Assembly: GCA_951406725.2 (NCBI GenBank) | Contig: OX597819.1 | Span: forward strand, 6,510,001 to 6,574,000 | Length of the DNA: 64,000 bases | From: Octopus vulgaris | Taxonomy: Eukaryota | Direction: 5' to 3' | In this document: piece by piece, positions 25,712 to 38,735 of the stretch | Position numbering within the stretch: position 1 is the first letter of the stretch | Layout of the letters: each line of letters opens with the position of its first letter | Notes under the pieces: model-generated | What the model saw: the letters and a program-made list of their open reading frames with translations, nothing else | Told to the model about the DNA's origin: nothing | Databases searched by the model: none | Position numbers and translations under genes: made by a program

Positions 25712-27947
25712 TACACAGACAGATGCGTGTGTGTGCATGTGTATGAATTTATATGTGCGTGTCACATATGTAGTCTCCCTATAAAAATATACACCCCCTT
25801 GGTAATTGACAGAATTTCCGTCAATTGAAGGCCAAAGCCGCATCTAATGCCACTATAATGTTTGTAGGTATGTAATGTTTTGCTCATTTAAGACGATAAT
25901 GTGTGAATTGCAAGAAATTGACATCTATTGCCTGCTGGTGTAACCAACATCTAGAAGATCCTTTGTATGCTCAATTTGTGTTACTCTCTACAGAGGCAGC
26001 CCTATAAAGTTAACTAATGTTACCCTAGCCCACACCACTGAGTTTCACTCCTAATGCAGTTTGTAAGTTACGCTGACATTCGGTGATAAGCGTGAATATC
26101 GAAAACCAATTCTGTTGTCTGTATATATCGAATTAACCGAACATTGAAATAAAATATTGTTAACATGTCATTTTAAGACGAAAGTAGCTGTCAAGTTGTT
26201 ATCAATAAAGCAAAAGTTATATTTGTTGAAAAACTATAAATGCCAAAGAGAAACGATGGTTGCTCTTCTCTGGGTAAACTGTCAAAAATGATTTAGATTT
26301 GAACAATAAATTCATGGCTGGTGTTTATGCAACCAAACATTTTTCATAATAATGATTTCAGAGATTGTCACATTGGCATGGATGGGGAGAACAGGGGTAG
26401 AATCATTTAGATCCATTCTAGTAGATAACTGGTAATTTATTTTATCAACCCATGAATTATGAAAGATAAAATTAAATTCAGTGGGATTTGAACCCAGGAA
26501 TTACACACAGCACGGTATTCCTCTTCGATGTTCTGCTTACGCTGCTAATTCGCTACCATAAGTGATAGAAGTGTTAGAGAGTTGGAATTCACAGACTATT
26601 TACTTACGGCCTTTTACATTGTGAGTTCAGTTCCTACCCAAGTTAGTTCTGTCTTTCATCATTCCAGGTGATATGAAATAAAGCACCAGTAATATATTGG
26701 CCCCTCTATAATCGGCTGCTTTCTCCCTAGAAATGTGTGTCTTTATACTGAAGACTGAAACTTTCATCAAAACTTCAATAGAAGTTTCATGGTCTTGTAC
26801 ATAAGTTCCTGTCACAGCTGTCTTCAAAGCCTCTTTAAGGCTATGTAACATATTTAATACTGGTATTTGTTGTTGACAGCACATTGCTGGGTATGGTGAT
26901 AAATATTGTCAAGATTTTAGGAGTAGTATAAAGTAATTGTCTATAAAGGAGGCTGGGTAGGGGAAGACCCCAAATCAAGATGTTAATCATCAGTTAAAGG
27001 GGCAAGACGTCAATAAAACGTGTGATGTTAATACCGAGGAAATTTAATGATGGGGTCCTGTGGGTGATTGTTTATAACCAATACTGTTGTGTTGCATAAA
27101 GATTAAACTTAAAATTATCAAAAATGATATAACCAAAATAGATAAAATGTGTACATGTACCAATTTTTAATACTAGAAAGGGAATATTACATAAAATTAG
27201 ATTAATATTCATTCCTGTACTTAATTATTTACTTATTATGTTATATCTATAAAGACTGCTCTGGGTATTTGCTTATGGAATACTGGGGTGATAAACCATG
27301 CTATCTATATATATTAATTATAAGCTAAGAATTAGAAAAATAAAATCGGAAATAATAAAAGTTGTGTACAGATACACACACACATATTTACCTATGTGCG
27401 CACATGCAAATATACACAAATATTTAAACGTTATTATGGAAATATTATAATCAACTCTCATAGACTTAAGTAACTATAAAGTTGATATCTCTATTTAAGA
27501 ACATTAACAACTTATAAGAGATAAGAGGTTAATAGGTAAAGGTATCAAAGCAAGAAAACAAAATAATAAGAAATTATAAAGAATAGTAAGAAAATATCCA
27601 TAACTTACATTTTAAAGAGACAGAGTATTAAAATTTGAGGTAGGGGAGAGATAAAGATAACCTCAAAGAAGAAGCAATAGGTATGGGATTAGTGCCCTCT
27701 ATTCTAAACAGACACAGTCCTCTAGTCTTAGATTTAGTAGTTTATAAAAAAACTAATAAATAAAAAATGAACTACAATCCATTACAAGCTATATTCTCAA
27801 CTAACTTCATACAATGTTTGGAAGTGTAGAATATTCTTAGCTACATTAGTGGCAGGATTCTTTCCATCTTCTTGCTCTATTAGAGTATTTGAGTAAAATT
27901 ATATTAATGTATCTGACTGATTGAAAATTCTATTTATTTATTTAATT

Positions 27948-28035
27948 ATGCTGCTGATGATAGGCCTGCATTTAAACTGATATAATGATTGCATTGTTCA
28001 ATTAAATGGAGCCGCTAGAAACGGTCGTACTGCAT
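27948..28035 (+). ncRNA. Type-I hammerhead-like ribozyme with long stem II
   Basis: ATGCTG-CTGATGA-TAG..CATTTAA..TTAAATG..CTA-GAAAC-GGTC-GTA-CTGCAT; stem I has one mismatch; (TA)n starts 30 bp downstream. Confidence 0.72.
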
Positions 28036-28479
28036 CATCTTTGCATATCCTCTTGCATATCCTCTATATATATATATATATACGTATGTGTTTGTTCCCG
28101 CCATCATCGCTGGACAACAGATGATGGTATGTTTGCGTTCCCGTAACTTAGTGGCTCGCCAAGAAATACCGATAGAATAAGTACTAGGCTTATAAATAAT
28201 AAGTCCTTCGGTCGATTTATTCGACTAAAATCCTTTAAGGCATGGCCGCAGTCTAATGACTGAAAGAAGTAATCGATAAACAGACACCCATGAACTTTCT
28301 ACAATACAGCTGCACCTCTCTTGCCTATGGATTACACTGGAGTCTTCTGTTGATGAAAAATCACCCCAATACACCACGACGTCTGAAGTTGTTTAACCTC
28401 TTGAACTTTTCGTAACTTTTTTATACTTTCTAAACTGTTTTTGTACTTTCTGCTTGACCCTTACGTCCGGCATTCACCA

Positions 28480-28662
28480 TGATAGATCACTAGCCACTAC
28501 ACATTCTTTATTTACTCCCCTTGTTTCTTTCTGTCTTCCTTTCTGTGGAAGAGCGTAGGCTGGAAACGTTAAAGACTTTTTCACTTTCGGAGCCTTAAAC
28601 TAATACATCTGTTGTTGACTACACCACCTGTCTTCGTCTTTTGCTTTTTTTTGGTGAATTCT

Positions 28663-28667
<5 letters not shown>
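28480..28667 (+). mobile_element. Short PLE-type terminal repeat with degenerate hammerhead (28539-28574)
   Basis: CTTT-CTGTGGA-A-GAGC-GTAG-GCTG-GAAAC-GTT-AAAG, followed by (TA)n; related tail fragment at 21205-21260 (-). Confidence 0.6.
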
Positions 28668-28738
<71 letters not shown>

Positions 28739-29084
28739 GAGGCATACCTTACCCTATGTCGTTAATTGGTTTCTGGAGAAACGACTTAACTAGAATTTAC
28801 TTGTCTCTAGGCTAACCTGATAATAACCATTCCCAATTCTATATTTTATTTATGAATGCGTTTTAAATAATACATAGTTTGAGATGTTTGATGTGTCCTA
28901 AAATCTTGTCCTTTTTATGTACAATCGTCGATACATGTGTCCGACTTATTTCAAAGGATCGTGCAATTGCTACCTCTTAAGCCGGGGTATGCCCATCATA
29001 TCAAAAATATGCCGATCATATCAAAATGCCTAGCATGGGAATAAAAACCTCATAGGTTATAATTATTAATATTAAAATTATAAT

Positions 29085-29372
29085 TAAGGGTATCTAAACG
29101 ATACCACCATACTAGATATAGGATCCCAAACTACACTCTAAAACCACATTAAATGTTCATACAGCCCCAGGAGAGAAGACAAAGCGACGAAATAAACAAG
29201 CAAAAAATTATTGGATAATTCCAGATCCCGGATTTCTGACTTTGCATAAGAAATGCTTTGCTTCATCAGTGGAATACACAGAAAATAGTACATAAATACA
29301 CACATATATATATATGTATTTAACGGCAGAGCATCAGCATGGCTGCAGCTCTGAATATGTAAGTATTCGTAT

Positions 29373-29410
<38 letters not shown>

Positions 29411-29637
29411 ATTTATGTCGTATATTCTGTGTATTCCACTGATGAGGCAAAGCATTTCTTATGCAAAGTCAGAAATCCGGTAGCTGGAATTATCCAATAA
29501 TTTTTTGCTAGTTTATTTTGTCTCTTTGTCTTCTCTCCTGGTGCTGTATGTACATTTAATGTGGTTTTAGAGTCAAGTTTTGGCTGCTATATCTAGCATG
29601 GTGGTAACTTTTAGATACCCTTATTTATGATTTATAT
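29085..29637. mobile_element. Inverted pair of ~215-bp hammerhead-bearing units around a (TA)n core
   Basis: 29085-29300 is the diverged reverse complement of 29408-29622; each has TTCCA-CTGATGA..GCAT/ATGC..GAAAT-CCGG..TGGAA. Confidence 0.85.
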
Positions 29638-29881
29638 GTGTGTGTGTATATGTGTGTATGTGTGTGTGTGTGTGTGTGTGTGTAGAAAGATACATAGATA
29701 GGTAGATAGATAATCTGATTTCTCTCTTTTCTGTAGAAGAGCGTAGAATCGGAGCGTTGAAGACTTCCATTTTTCCTGATCGTCAAACTAGTACACCTTG
29801 TTGTTAATTTTTTGTAAAACACAATACATACATACATGCATACACACACACACATATATATACATACATAAACTCATACAT

Positions 29882-29918
<37 letters not shown>

Positions 29919-30154
29919 AAACACCCCAATAAATATATATCAGCACATCATCAGCTGCTCATCAATTGGCCTAGCTAATTAGTAAAGGATCGTAATATCA
30001 TAACGGCGACATGGTTGATTAGCCGCCGAGATAGCGGTTGATTAACTGTTGTCGAAAATACAGGAAATAGCTTCACAGTCACTAAGGAAGGACGCTTCGA
30101 TATACAGACCATTGCACAATTATGAATAACTACACATTTTCATAAAATATACAG

Positions 30155-30400
30155 ACGTGGCTGGGTGGTAAGATGTTCCCTTGCGAACTACATGGTTCCG
30201 GCTTCAGTTCCACTGCGTGGCACCTTGGGCAAGTGTCTTCTACTATATATATAGGACGGGCTTCTTTCAATTTAAGTTTCCCAAATCCACTTACAAGGTT
30301 TGACCGGCCCGAGGCTATAGCAGAATAAATTTGCCCAAGTTACCACGCAGTGGGAACTGAATCCAGAACTATGTGGTTGGGTAGCAAACTTCTTGCCCCC
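30155..30400. mobile_element. Two SINE B 5' halves in opposite orientations
   Basis: Plus-strand head 30155-30246, then a (TA) run, then a diverged minus-strand head 30253-30400. Confidence 0.75.
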
Positions 30401-30506
30401 CACCCCAAGCCCACCAGCACTTATAAATAAAAAAAATATATATATTGGCTAAACTGGCAAAATGACCATTCCGAAATATAACAATATATATATATATATA
30501 TATATA

Positions 30507-30779
30507 TCAATAATAAAGGGTGAAATTAATTAATTAATTTAGAAATAATCATTCATTTCACCAAGTAGATTTCGGCATGTAAAAGACCCATTCAAGGAAG
30601 GTTTAAGTAATACTAAGTAATTAAGGGATCAGCAACGATTTGCCTCACCACACACCGATTTTAGAAATAGCAGTCAAAAAGTTTTGGCTATTCTTTTTAG
30701 CCAAAACTTTTTGACTGCTATTTCTAAATTCGGTGTGTGGTGAGGCAAATCGTTGCTGAACCCTTAATTACTTAGTATA
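30507..30779. mobile_element. (TA)n-flanked asymmetric fold-back element
   Basis: Inverted arms at about 30610-30690 and 30698-30778 with a loop of about 7 nt; left arm extends to TCAATAATAAAGGGTGAAAT. Confidence 0.82.
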
Positions 30780-31047
30780 TATATACGTCTCATAGTTACA
30801 TGCATTCGTACATATAAATGCATTACACACACACACACATGATCCAGATGATTAACGCATATATATTGAATCACATGTTAAATGCACAAATAATTATGTG
30901 CGTGTGAGTCAATTAGTGTACGTGTTCGTGTATATATGTGTATTTGTGTTCATTTACTTATATGTAAATATATATATGTGTGTAATTGTGTTCATTTATA
31001 TATATGTACATGCACATACATCATCTATCTAACCATCCATCCATCCA

Positions 31048-31081
<34 letters not shown>

Positions 31082-31205
31082 CATGCACATGCACACATAT
31101 ATACATACATATACAGAGATACAAATATATATGTAATTGTGTATGCGTAGATATATATGCGTGATGTGTATATTATCCATATGTGTGTGCGTGTGTGTTT
31201 GTATG

Positions 31206-31242
<37 letters not shown>

Positions 31243-32529
31243 TTATAAATATATTTGTGTGCGTGTGTGTGTGTATGCGTGCGTTATCTATCTATACACC
31301 GTACCAAGCTCCTCCAATGATTTATATATTGTACTCAAGTAGAAGTAATTGTTCTACCTTTGGGATAATCCTCCTTAACTTTGCGTGGGTATGAGAACCC
31401 AGAGAACAGAGAACGAAGCCGATAGAGAGAAAGAAAGGGAGATAGTTGGGTGGGAGATCTCTCTTGATCTCCATGATGAGGTTACTGCACCGCTTTTATC
31501 GCCCACTCAATAATTAATTGATATTTAACTTTTCTGTCTTTTATATTTTTATTCACTTATGTTCATAAATGCATGAGAATTAATAATCGATATTATTAAT
31601 AATGTCCTAGGCTGAAACAACCACTATAATACCATTCTTGTTTAAAATATTTCTGCAATTTTCTATTTTCAATACAAATAAGAGGAATCATTACAAACAA
31701 GATGTTTCCATTTTTCTAATAATGATTTCTAATTTTGGTACATGAACAAGGAAGAAGTCGATTAATATCCATCCTAAAATTTGATTGATAATTATTTTAT
31801 TGACACATGAAGTATGAAAAGCATAGTCAACTTCGGTCTGTGTCGAACTCAATGTGTAGTAAAATGTAATGAATTTCCACATGGCCGTAAATCCGAATAT
31901 TTTTGGATTCGACTGATTACTGACTTTTACCTCTTTCTAATCAAAACGCAAAACCAAAAATTTGGGGATAAGGATTGCGGGGTTGAATCGATTAAAATCG
32001 ACCTCAGTCATTCAATAACGGATCACGGAAAGATGAAAGTAAAATGAACCCTGTAGAGATTTGAATATAGAACGCAAATTGATGTAGCGAAATAGCCCCA
32101 AGAATTTTCGTCCGCTTGCATATTGATTCTGCTAACTCAGTGCTGCTTTCTGGTTACGAAGCATAAATTAACTACGAGGCCGCTTATTTTATGGCTTCTA
32201 TCGATTTAACTGGCAACGATATTTAACTATTTTTTTGATTTTCACTTCGAAAATATATATGCTGACCTCTGCGGGATTTGAACGCAGAGTATGATAAATC
32301 GTAAAAAATACCAAAAGGCATTATGTCCGATGCTCTACTGGATCTATGAATTCTCTATTCTTGCTTATGTTTCATTATTAAAATTTTAAAAATTATAATT
32401 TAGATTCATTCTATCATATCATACCTTCTCATCAAAGTACGCATATCCTCAAAAGCAAAGCTGACATTTTAGTCTATATTTTAAGGTCTTAACTGTATGC
32501 TATGTTGTTTCTCGTTTTCATCATACAGG

Positions 32530-33012
32530 AATGTTCTGGCTAATATTGCGCACTCTAGCAAATTGTCTGATTTTGAAAAAACTCTGCGAAAAGTGGAGGC
32601 TAGAGAGAGGCAAGATGTGGTATGAGAACGAACCACAGAAGCGACAGAGTAGGAGATTAGTAAAATCCTCTGGGATTTCCCAATCTAAAAAGATCAGATG
32701 CTAGAGCATTACAGACAGGACCTAGTGCTGATGGACAAGGTGCACCACATATGCTATATAGTTGATGTCAAGAGAGAAGGTGAAAATATTGATAGATATA
32801 ATCCTCTTAAATAGGAAATTGCCCGACTATGGAAAATGATGAAGGTGAAGATAGTGGCAATTATTTTTGGGTTCTTGGGAACAGTATCAGAAGGCATCAA
32901 GAGGAATATAAAGGAAACTGGAATAAAGTGCCCAGTAGAATTGTTACAAAATTTTTACAAAAGGTTTGCCTCCTTGGCATGCCCAGAATAATCAGGAAAG
33001 TATTAGTTGAAA
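32530..33012 (+). pseudogene. R4/Dong-type RLE fragment (old)
   Basis: WYENEP, KILWDFPI*KDQMLEHYRQDLVL..CYIVDV, EIARLWKMMKVKIV and QKVCLLGMPRIIRKVL. Confidence 0.8.
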
Positions 33013-33014
33013 TG

Positions 33015-33051
<37 letters not shown>

Positions 33052-33074
33052 TAATAATAATGATAATAATAATA

Positions 33075-33105
<31 letters not shown>

Positions 33106-33128
33106 TGATAATAATAATAATAATGATG

Positions 33129-33168
<40 letters not shown>

Positions 33169-33170
33169 TG

Positions 33171-33201
<31 letters not shown>

Positions 33202-33245
33202 TAATAATAATAATAATGATAATAATAATAATAATAATAATGATG

Positions 33246-33288
<43 letters not shown>

Positions 33289-33353
33289 TAATAATAATGA
33301 TAATAATAATGATAATAATAATAATAATAATGATAATAATAATAATAATAACG

Positions 33354-33386
<33 letters not shown>

Positions 33387-33389
33387 TTG

Positions 33390-33429
<40 letters not shown>

Positions 33430-33461
33430 TAATAATAATAATAACAATAATAATAATAATG

Positions 33462-33501
<40 letters not shown>

Positions 33502-33566
33502 CAATAATAATAATAAAAACAATAATAATAATAATAATAATAATAATGATAATAATAATAATAATG

Positions 33567-33618
<52 letters not shown>

Positions 33619-33668
33619 TAATAATAATAATAATAATGATAATAATAATAATGATAATAATAATAATG

Positions 33669-33714
<46 letters not shown>

Positions 33715-33836
33715 TAATAATAATAATAATGATAATAATAATAATAATGATAATAATAATAATAATGATAATAAGAATGATAATAATAATAATAATGATA
33801 ATAATAATAATAATGATAATAATAATAATAATAATA
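33013..33836. repeat. ~820-bp (TAA)n array with in-phase TGA variants
   Basis: Directly visible. Confidence 0.98.
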
Positions 33837-34361
33837 CCAAGCATGTTTGCACTCCTCACACAAAGACGTATGAGATGGCTTGGGCATGTTAGCCGTATGA
33901 AAGATGGCAGAATCCCCAAGGACATACTCTACGGAGAGCTTGCTAGGGGTACTAGGTCTGTGGGTAGACCGATCTTACGTTACAAGGATGTTTGCAAAAG
34001 GGATATGAAGGCCTGCAACATCAACATTAGCGGTTGGGAGGCAGTCGCCGGCAACCGTGGAGAATGGCGACGTACAGTAAAAGAGGGTATACAGAGGAGT
34101 GACAAAAAGAGAGAGGAGAAATGGAAAGAAAGGAAGAGACATAAACAAGAGACCATGGCACTACAATCAGCCAGGAACAGTCTTCACTACATTTGCAGTA
34201 CCTGCCAGAGGGAGTGTTTGTCCAGGATAGGACTACACAGCCACAGCAAGAAATGTAACGGGAAATAAAATATAACAGCCGGACTAGACCTAGGAAAAAA
34301 AAAAAAAAAAAAAAATGCGCAACTCCATTGTCTCCCGAGACAGAAAGGATGCCAAACAAAC

Positions 34362-34362
<1 letters not shown>
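33837..34362 (+). mobile_element. RTE (BovB-like) LINE 3' end
   Basis: PSMFALLTQRRMRWLGHVSRMKDGRIPKDILYGEL..GRPILRYKDVCKRDMK...CSTCQRECLSRIGLHSHSKKC*, then UTR ending TGTCTCCCGAGACAGAAAGGATGCC(AAAC)n. Confidence 0.93.
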
Positions 34363-34453
<91 letters not shown>

Positions 34454-34494
34454 TAATAATAATACTAATACTAATAATAATAATAATAATAATG

Positions 34495-34564
<70 letters not shown>

Positions 34565-34566
34565 GT

Positions 34567-35128
34567 ATAAATGCCCTGATGCAGTACCAGGCAGTGGCTC
34601 TCATGGCTTCTGATCTTAACTGATTGGAAGTGTTATCATGCACATTGTTCTGTCTTGGTATAAAAGATGGGCTATAGCAAATATTCTGCTCAATACCACA
34701 GATTTGCTTGTCAGTTGTTTTAACCTCAACCAGTTGAGCATGTCCCTTAGTGGCTGACGATATGTGCATCTCTGATCACGAGCAGAAGTAGTGGGGGAGC
34801 ATCATGGCCATGTGTTGAGAGGGATTCTTTGGGGTTTGAATAATTCACCTCTGGAAACATGGGTGGTTCTTTCAACATCCTTAAATAACCCTTATTCAGG
34901 GACCTTTTGAGTGGGATGGGCTACTCAACATGAAGAAAATTCTAAATGGGCCCCACCTGCAAGGTCATGTGCTGTTTATCTTGATATGAGATCACCATAT
35001 CGCGCTCATATGGTTGTGATGCATGTGCCTGGTGTACCCTTATCAGACGGGTAGTCATGATGGGTATATTGGGCTTCGTATATTTTACCCCAGTGTCACT
35101 TTGATGGCATGCACTGCTCTCTCACTCA
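34567..35128 (+). mobile_element. ~560-bp non-coding element embedded in (TAA)n
   Basis: Near-identical to 3931-4488 (-). Confidence 0.85.
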
Positions 35129-35158
35129 ATAATAATGATAATAATAATAATAATAATG

Positions 35159-35208
<50 letters not shown>

Positions 35209-35209
<1 letters not shown>

Positions 35210-36937
35210 GGTAGAGAGGTAAATATCAGAAGAGGAATCTTTCAAGGGGACAGTTTTTCGCCTCTCCTATTTGTTGTCTGCAAACTACCCCTAACCAGTG
35301 TTTTAAGAACGATGCGTGTGGGGTACATGCTAGGCAGGGTGAAAGTAAACAACCTTTGGTTTATGGATGGCCTAAAGCTATTTGCTAAGACCGAGAAAGA
35401 AACTGAATGTTTTTGACGGCAACTGTGCAGGTGATTAGCACAGATATTGGTATGGAATTTGGGATCGAGAAATGTGGTGTGGCGTAATGATTCTCAAAAG
35501 GAACCAAATTAGTAAAAGCCATGGGATTAAGCTGGAAAGTGGAAAAACTATAAAGGAAGTGGGAGAGGAGGGATATAAGTATCTGAGTATCCTTGAAAGA
35601 GGTAAGATGAATGAACACGAGATGAAAGAAATGTACAGGTAAGAGTATTTGAGGAGAACTCGGCTTGTGCTCCAATCGAAGCTAAATGGCCGCTATAAGA
35701 TTAGAGCAATTAACACGTGGGCAGTTGCTTTGATGAGATATGGGACAGGAATAGTATCTTGGAAGAAGAATGAATTACAAGAAATAGACCGGGGAACACG
35801 TGAATTGATGACAATGTCCAAGGGACTACACCCCAAGGGGGATGTGTGAAGATTGTATGTAAAGAAGAAAGAAGGAAAACGGGACCTGGTGTGTTGTGAA
35901 GGATGTGTAAGGGAAGAAGAGAATAGCCTGGATTGGTATGGGAAGAGGTGTAAAGAAGAAATGATTGAAGCAGTGAAAATTCAGGGAACCTTAAAAGTGA
36001 ACGAAGCCGTAGATTCAACACGATTTAAGAAAGACCAGAGAGAGAGAGAGAGCAGATGAAGAAAATTTTGCAGGAAAAGAAAATGCAGTCAGTTCTTGAA
36101 GAATAAAGATGAGATAGATTGGAATAGAACCTCGCAATGGCTGCAGGAAGGAGACTTAAAAGGGCCTACTGAGGTATTAGTGTGCAGCGCTCGAGAACAA
36201 GATCTCAGAACAAAATACTCCAAATATCACATTGATCAAAGCACTGACTCGCCACGATGTAGGATGTGCTCTGAGAATGGATAAAGTATAAGCCATATTG
36301 TTAGTGAGTGCTGTAAGCTCGCACAAGGAGAATGCAAATCGAGACACGACAATATGGCCAGATATGTCCACTGGTTGCTGTGAGGTAAAGCAAACCTCGA
36401 GAGAGCCGAACAATTGTTTGAACACAAGCCAGAGGGGGTAATGGAAAACGAACATTACAAAATACTCTGGGATTTCGAGATACTGTGCGACCAAGTCATA
36501 GAGGCGAGACGGCCAGATATCGCGATCATCCATAAAGATGGAAAATAAGTAAAGATAATAGATGTTGCGATTCGAGGGTGAAATGTAAGGAAACAGCAAA
36601 GAGTGAGAAATACCAGCTACCGCGCGACAAGATAGGCAAGTTATGAGGCATGAGGAAAGTAATGGTGATACCGGTGATAACTGGAGCATTGGGAGCAATT
36701 TCCAAGAGCTTTGAAAAACATATTAAAAATATTGGAGCTGCTGTCAGGCTCGAGGTCATCCAGAAGACTGCATTGTTGGGTACAGCTCGCATCCTAAGGA
36801 GAGTATTGTCTCTTTGAGTCACAGGAGAAGGCACCACTTGAACCCTTTGGTGATTTGTTATTGCCTGCTTTCAAGAAAAGAAGAACTGGAAATTAAGAAC
36901 TATCCGAGAGTCTTTCAGAATAACAGCAACAACAGAA
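35209..36937 (+). pseudogene. R4/Dong-type LINE: RT, CCHC and RLE, 5'-truncated and disrupted
   Basis: IRRGIFQGDSFSPLLF, NNLWFMDGLKLFAK, KIRAINTWAV..RYG, CRMC...HIVSECCKLA, KILWDF..RPDI and QKTALLGTARILRRVL; multiple stops and frameshifts. Confidence 0.93.
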
Positions 36938-36938
36938 T

Positions 36939-37006
<68 letters not shown>

Positions 37007-37023
37007 TAATAATAATAATAATA

Positions 37024-37683
37024 ACAAGTAACTGTAGAATATGTGGAGAAGGAAAAGAAACAATAAATCATATCATCTCTGGCTGCCCAGTCCTGGCTAA
37101 GAAGGAATATATTCACAGACACGACAGAGTTGGGACCTACATACACTATGCCAACATTATGGAAAGAAAAAGATGGTATAGGCACACACCAGAAAAGGTC
37201 ACAGAAAACGAGAAAGCAACCACACTCTGGAATATGCCAATACACACAGATAGAGAAATTAAGGCCTACAGACCAGATATAGTTGTCAGAGATCATGAAG
37301 AAAAAATGCTTTCTAATTGATGTATCAATACCAGCAGATGACAACGTGTCTCTAAAAGAAATGGAGAAACTTTCAAAATACAAAGACCTGGAAATAGAAG
37401 TAACTAGAATGTGGAATCTAAAAACAGAAACAATTCCTATCATAGTAGGTGCATTAGCCATGATAAAACAATATTCAGACAAATACATAACAAAAACACC
37501 AGGACTTACAAACACATATAACATACAAAAAATTGCACTACTAGGCACTGCACACATCCTACGCAGAACACTTTCAATACAGTAACCATCAGAGCATCAC
37601 AACAAATCACAGCACATACCCAAGGCACACAGAGCTGCGCTCGGTAGTGAAGTGAAAGCACGTTATAAAAATAAAACTACTGA
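37024..37683 (+). mobile_element. R4/Dong-type LINE 3' end (CCHC, RLE and UTR)
   Basis: CRICGEGKETINHIISGCPVLAKKEYIHRHD and RPDIVV; same family as 4570-5077. Confidence 0.93.
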
Positions 37684-37692
37684 ATGATGATG

Positions 37693-37755
<63 letters not shown>

Positions 37756-37757
<2 letters not shown>

Positions 37758-38255
37758 CCCGAAGGTCTCGAAAATGATAATGCAAAGGTCCAATGGGATT
37801 TTGTGAGTCAGTGCGACCATAAGATAGAGAATCGGAAACCAGACATCGTATTAATTGATAAAGTGTTAATTGATAAAGGAAGCAAACGGTGCTAGATCAC
37901 AGATATAGTATGGCCAGCTGAAAACAAGGTATGCGATAAGGAAGAATGAAAATCGATAGATATGACCGGCTATCTTGGGAGGTTAAGCAGTTGTGGTCGA
38001 TGAAAAAGGTGGTAGTAGAAGTACCAATAATTGTCGGAGCCCTGGGCACAGTGAGTAAAAGTCTTGAGAAGTACATGGAACAAATAGGGGGCTGCGATAA
38101 GGATGGAGCACTTGCAGAAAACAGCACTGCTTGGAACCGCTCGAATACTCCGGATGGTGCTCGAAAAATAAGGGGTGTTACCTTAGTTCACTGGTAGTGA
38201 ACAGCTGGCACGGTAGTTTATCTCCACTGATAGAAGCTTTCCAAAGACAGACAAT
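37756..38255 (+). pseudogene. R4/Dong-type RLE fragment (another family)
   Basis: WDFVSQCDHKIENRKPDIVL and KIDRYDRLSWEVKQLWSMKKVVVEVPIIVGALGTVSK. Confidence 0.85.
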
Positions 38256-38280
38256 AAATAATAATAATAATAACAACAAT

Positions 38281-38372
<92 letters not shown>

Positions 38373-38735
38373 GGAACCTCAAGACTACAACAATAACTGT
38401 TGCCATAGGTGCTCTAGGAATGATAGCAAAGCGGGCTGATTGCTACCTAGCTCAGATACCAGGAAATCCCAAAATGGCAGAAATTCAAGAGATAGTGCCC
38501 ATGGGACCTGCCCATATCCTTCGTAAAATACTGTCTATGTAATCTCAAATTTTAAAACAAATTCATAATTTTCTTGTTTTCTTAAACATTCTCTAGAACA
38601 ATAAATACTATGTGCAAAACCAAATATATGACAGCCTAGGCATAACATCAACACGAACTTCTAACTTGATGTCACTTGAAGTTTCTTGGTGAGACTTGGA
38701 ACCAACTTGTACAAATACAAAACAAAAGTCAAACA
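38373..38735 (+). pseudogene. R4/Dong-type extreme 3' fragment plus UTR (another family)
   Basis: NLKTTTITVAIGALGMIAK...EIQEIVPMGPAHILRKILSM*, followed by (TAA)/(GAT)n. Confidence 0.8.

Noticed and set aside
31690-32345. Several very old SINE C-like relics, also at about 26390-26720, 46195-46332 and 51640-51900
   Set aside because: Too diverged to delimit reliably, so not listed as individual features.
32829-34268. 479-aa ORF with poly-Ile, plus antisense poly-Ile, poly-Leu and poly-Tyr ORFs
   Set aside because: Read-through of the (ATA)n frame joins an RLE remnant to an RTE C-terminus; a chance in-frame fusion, not a gene.
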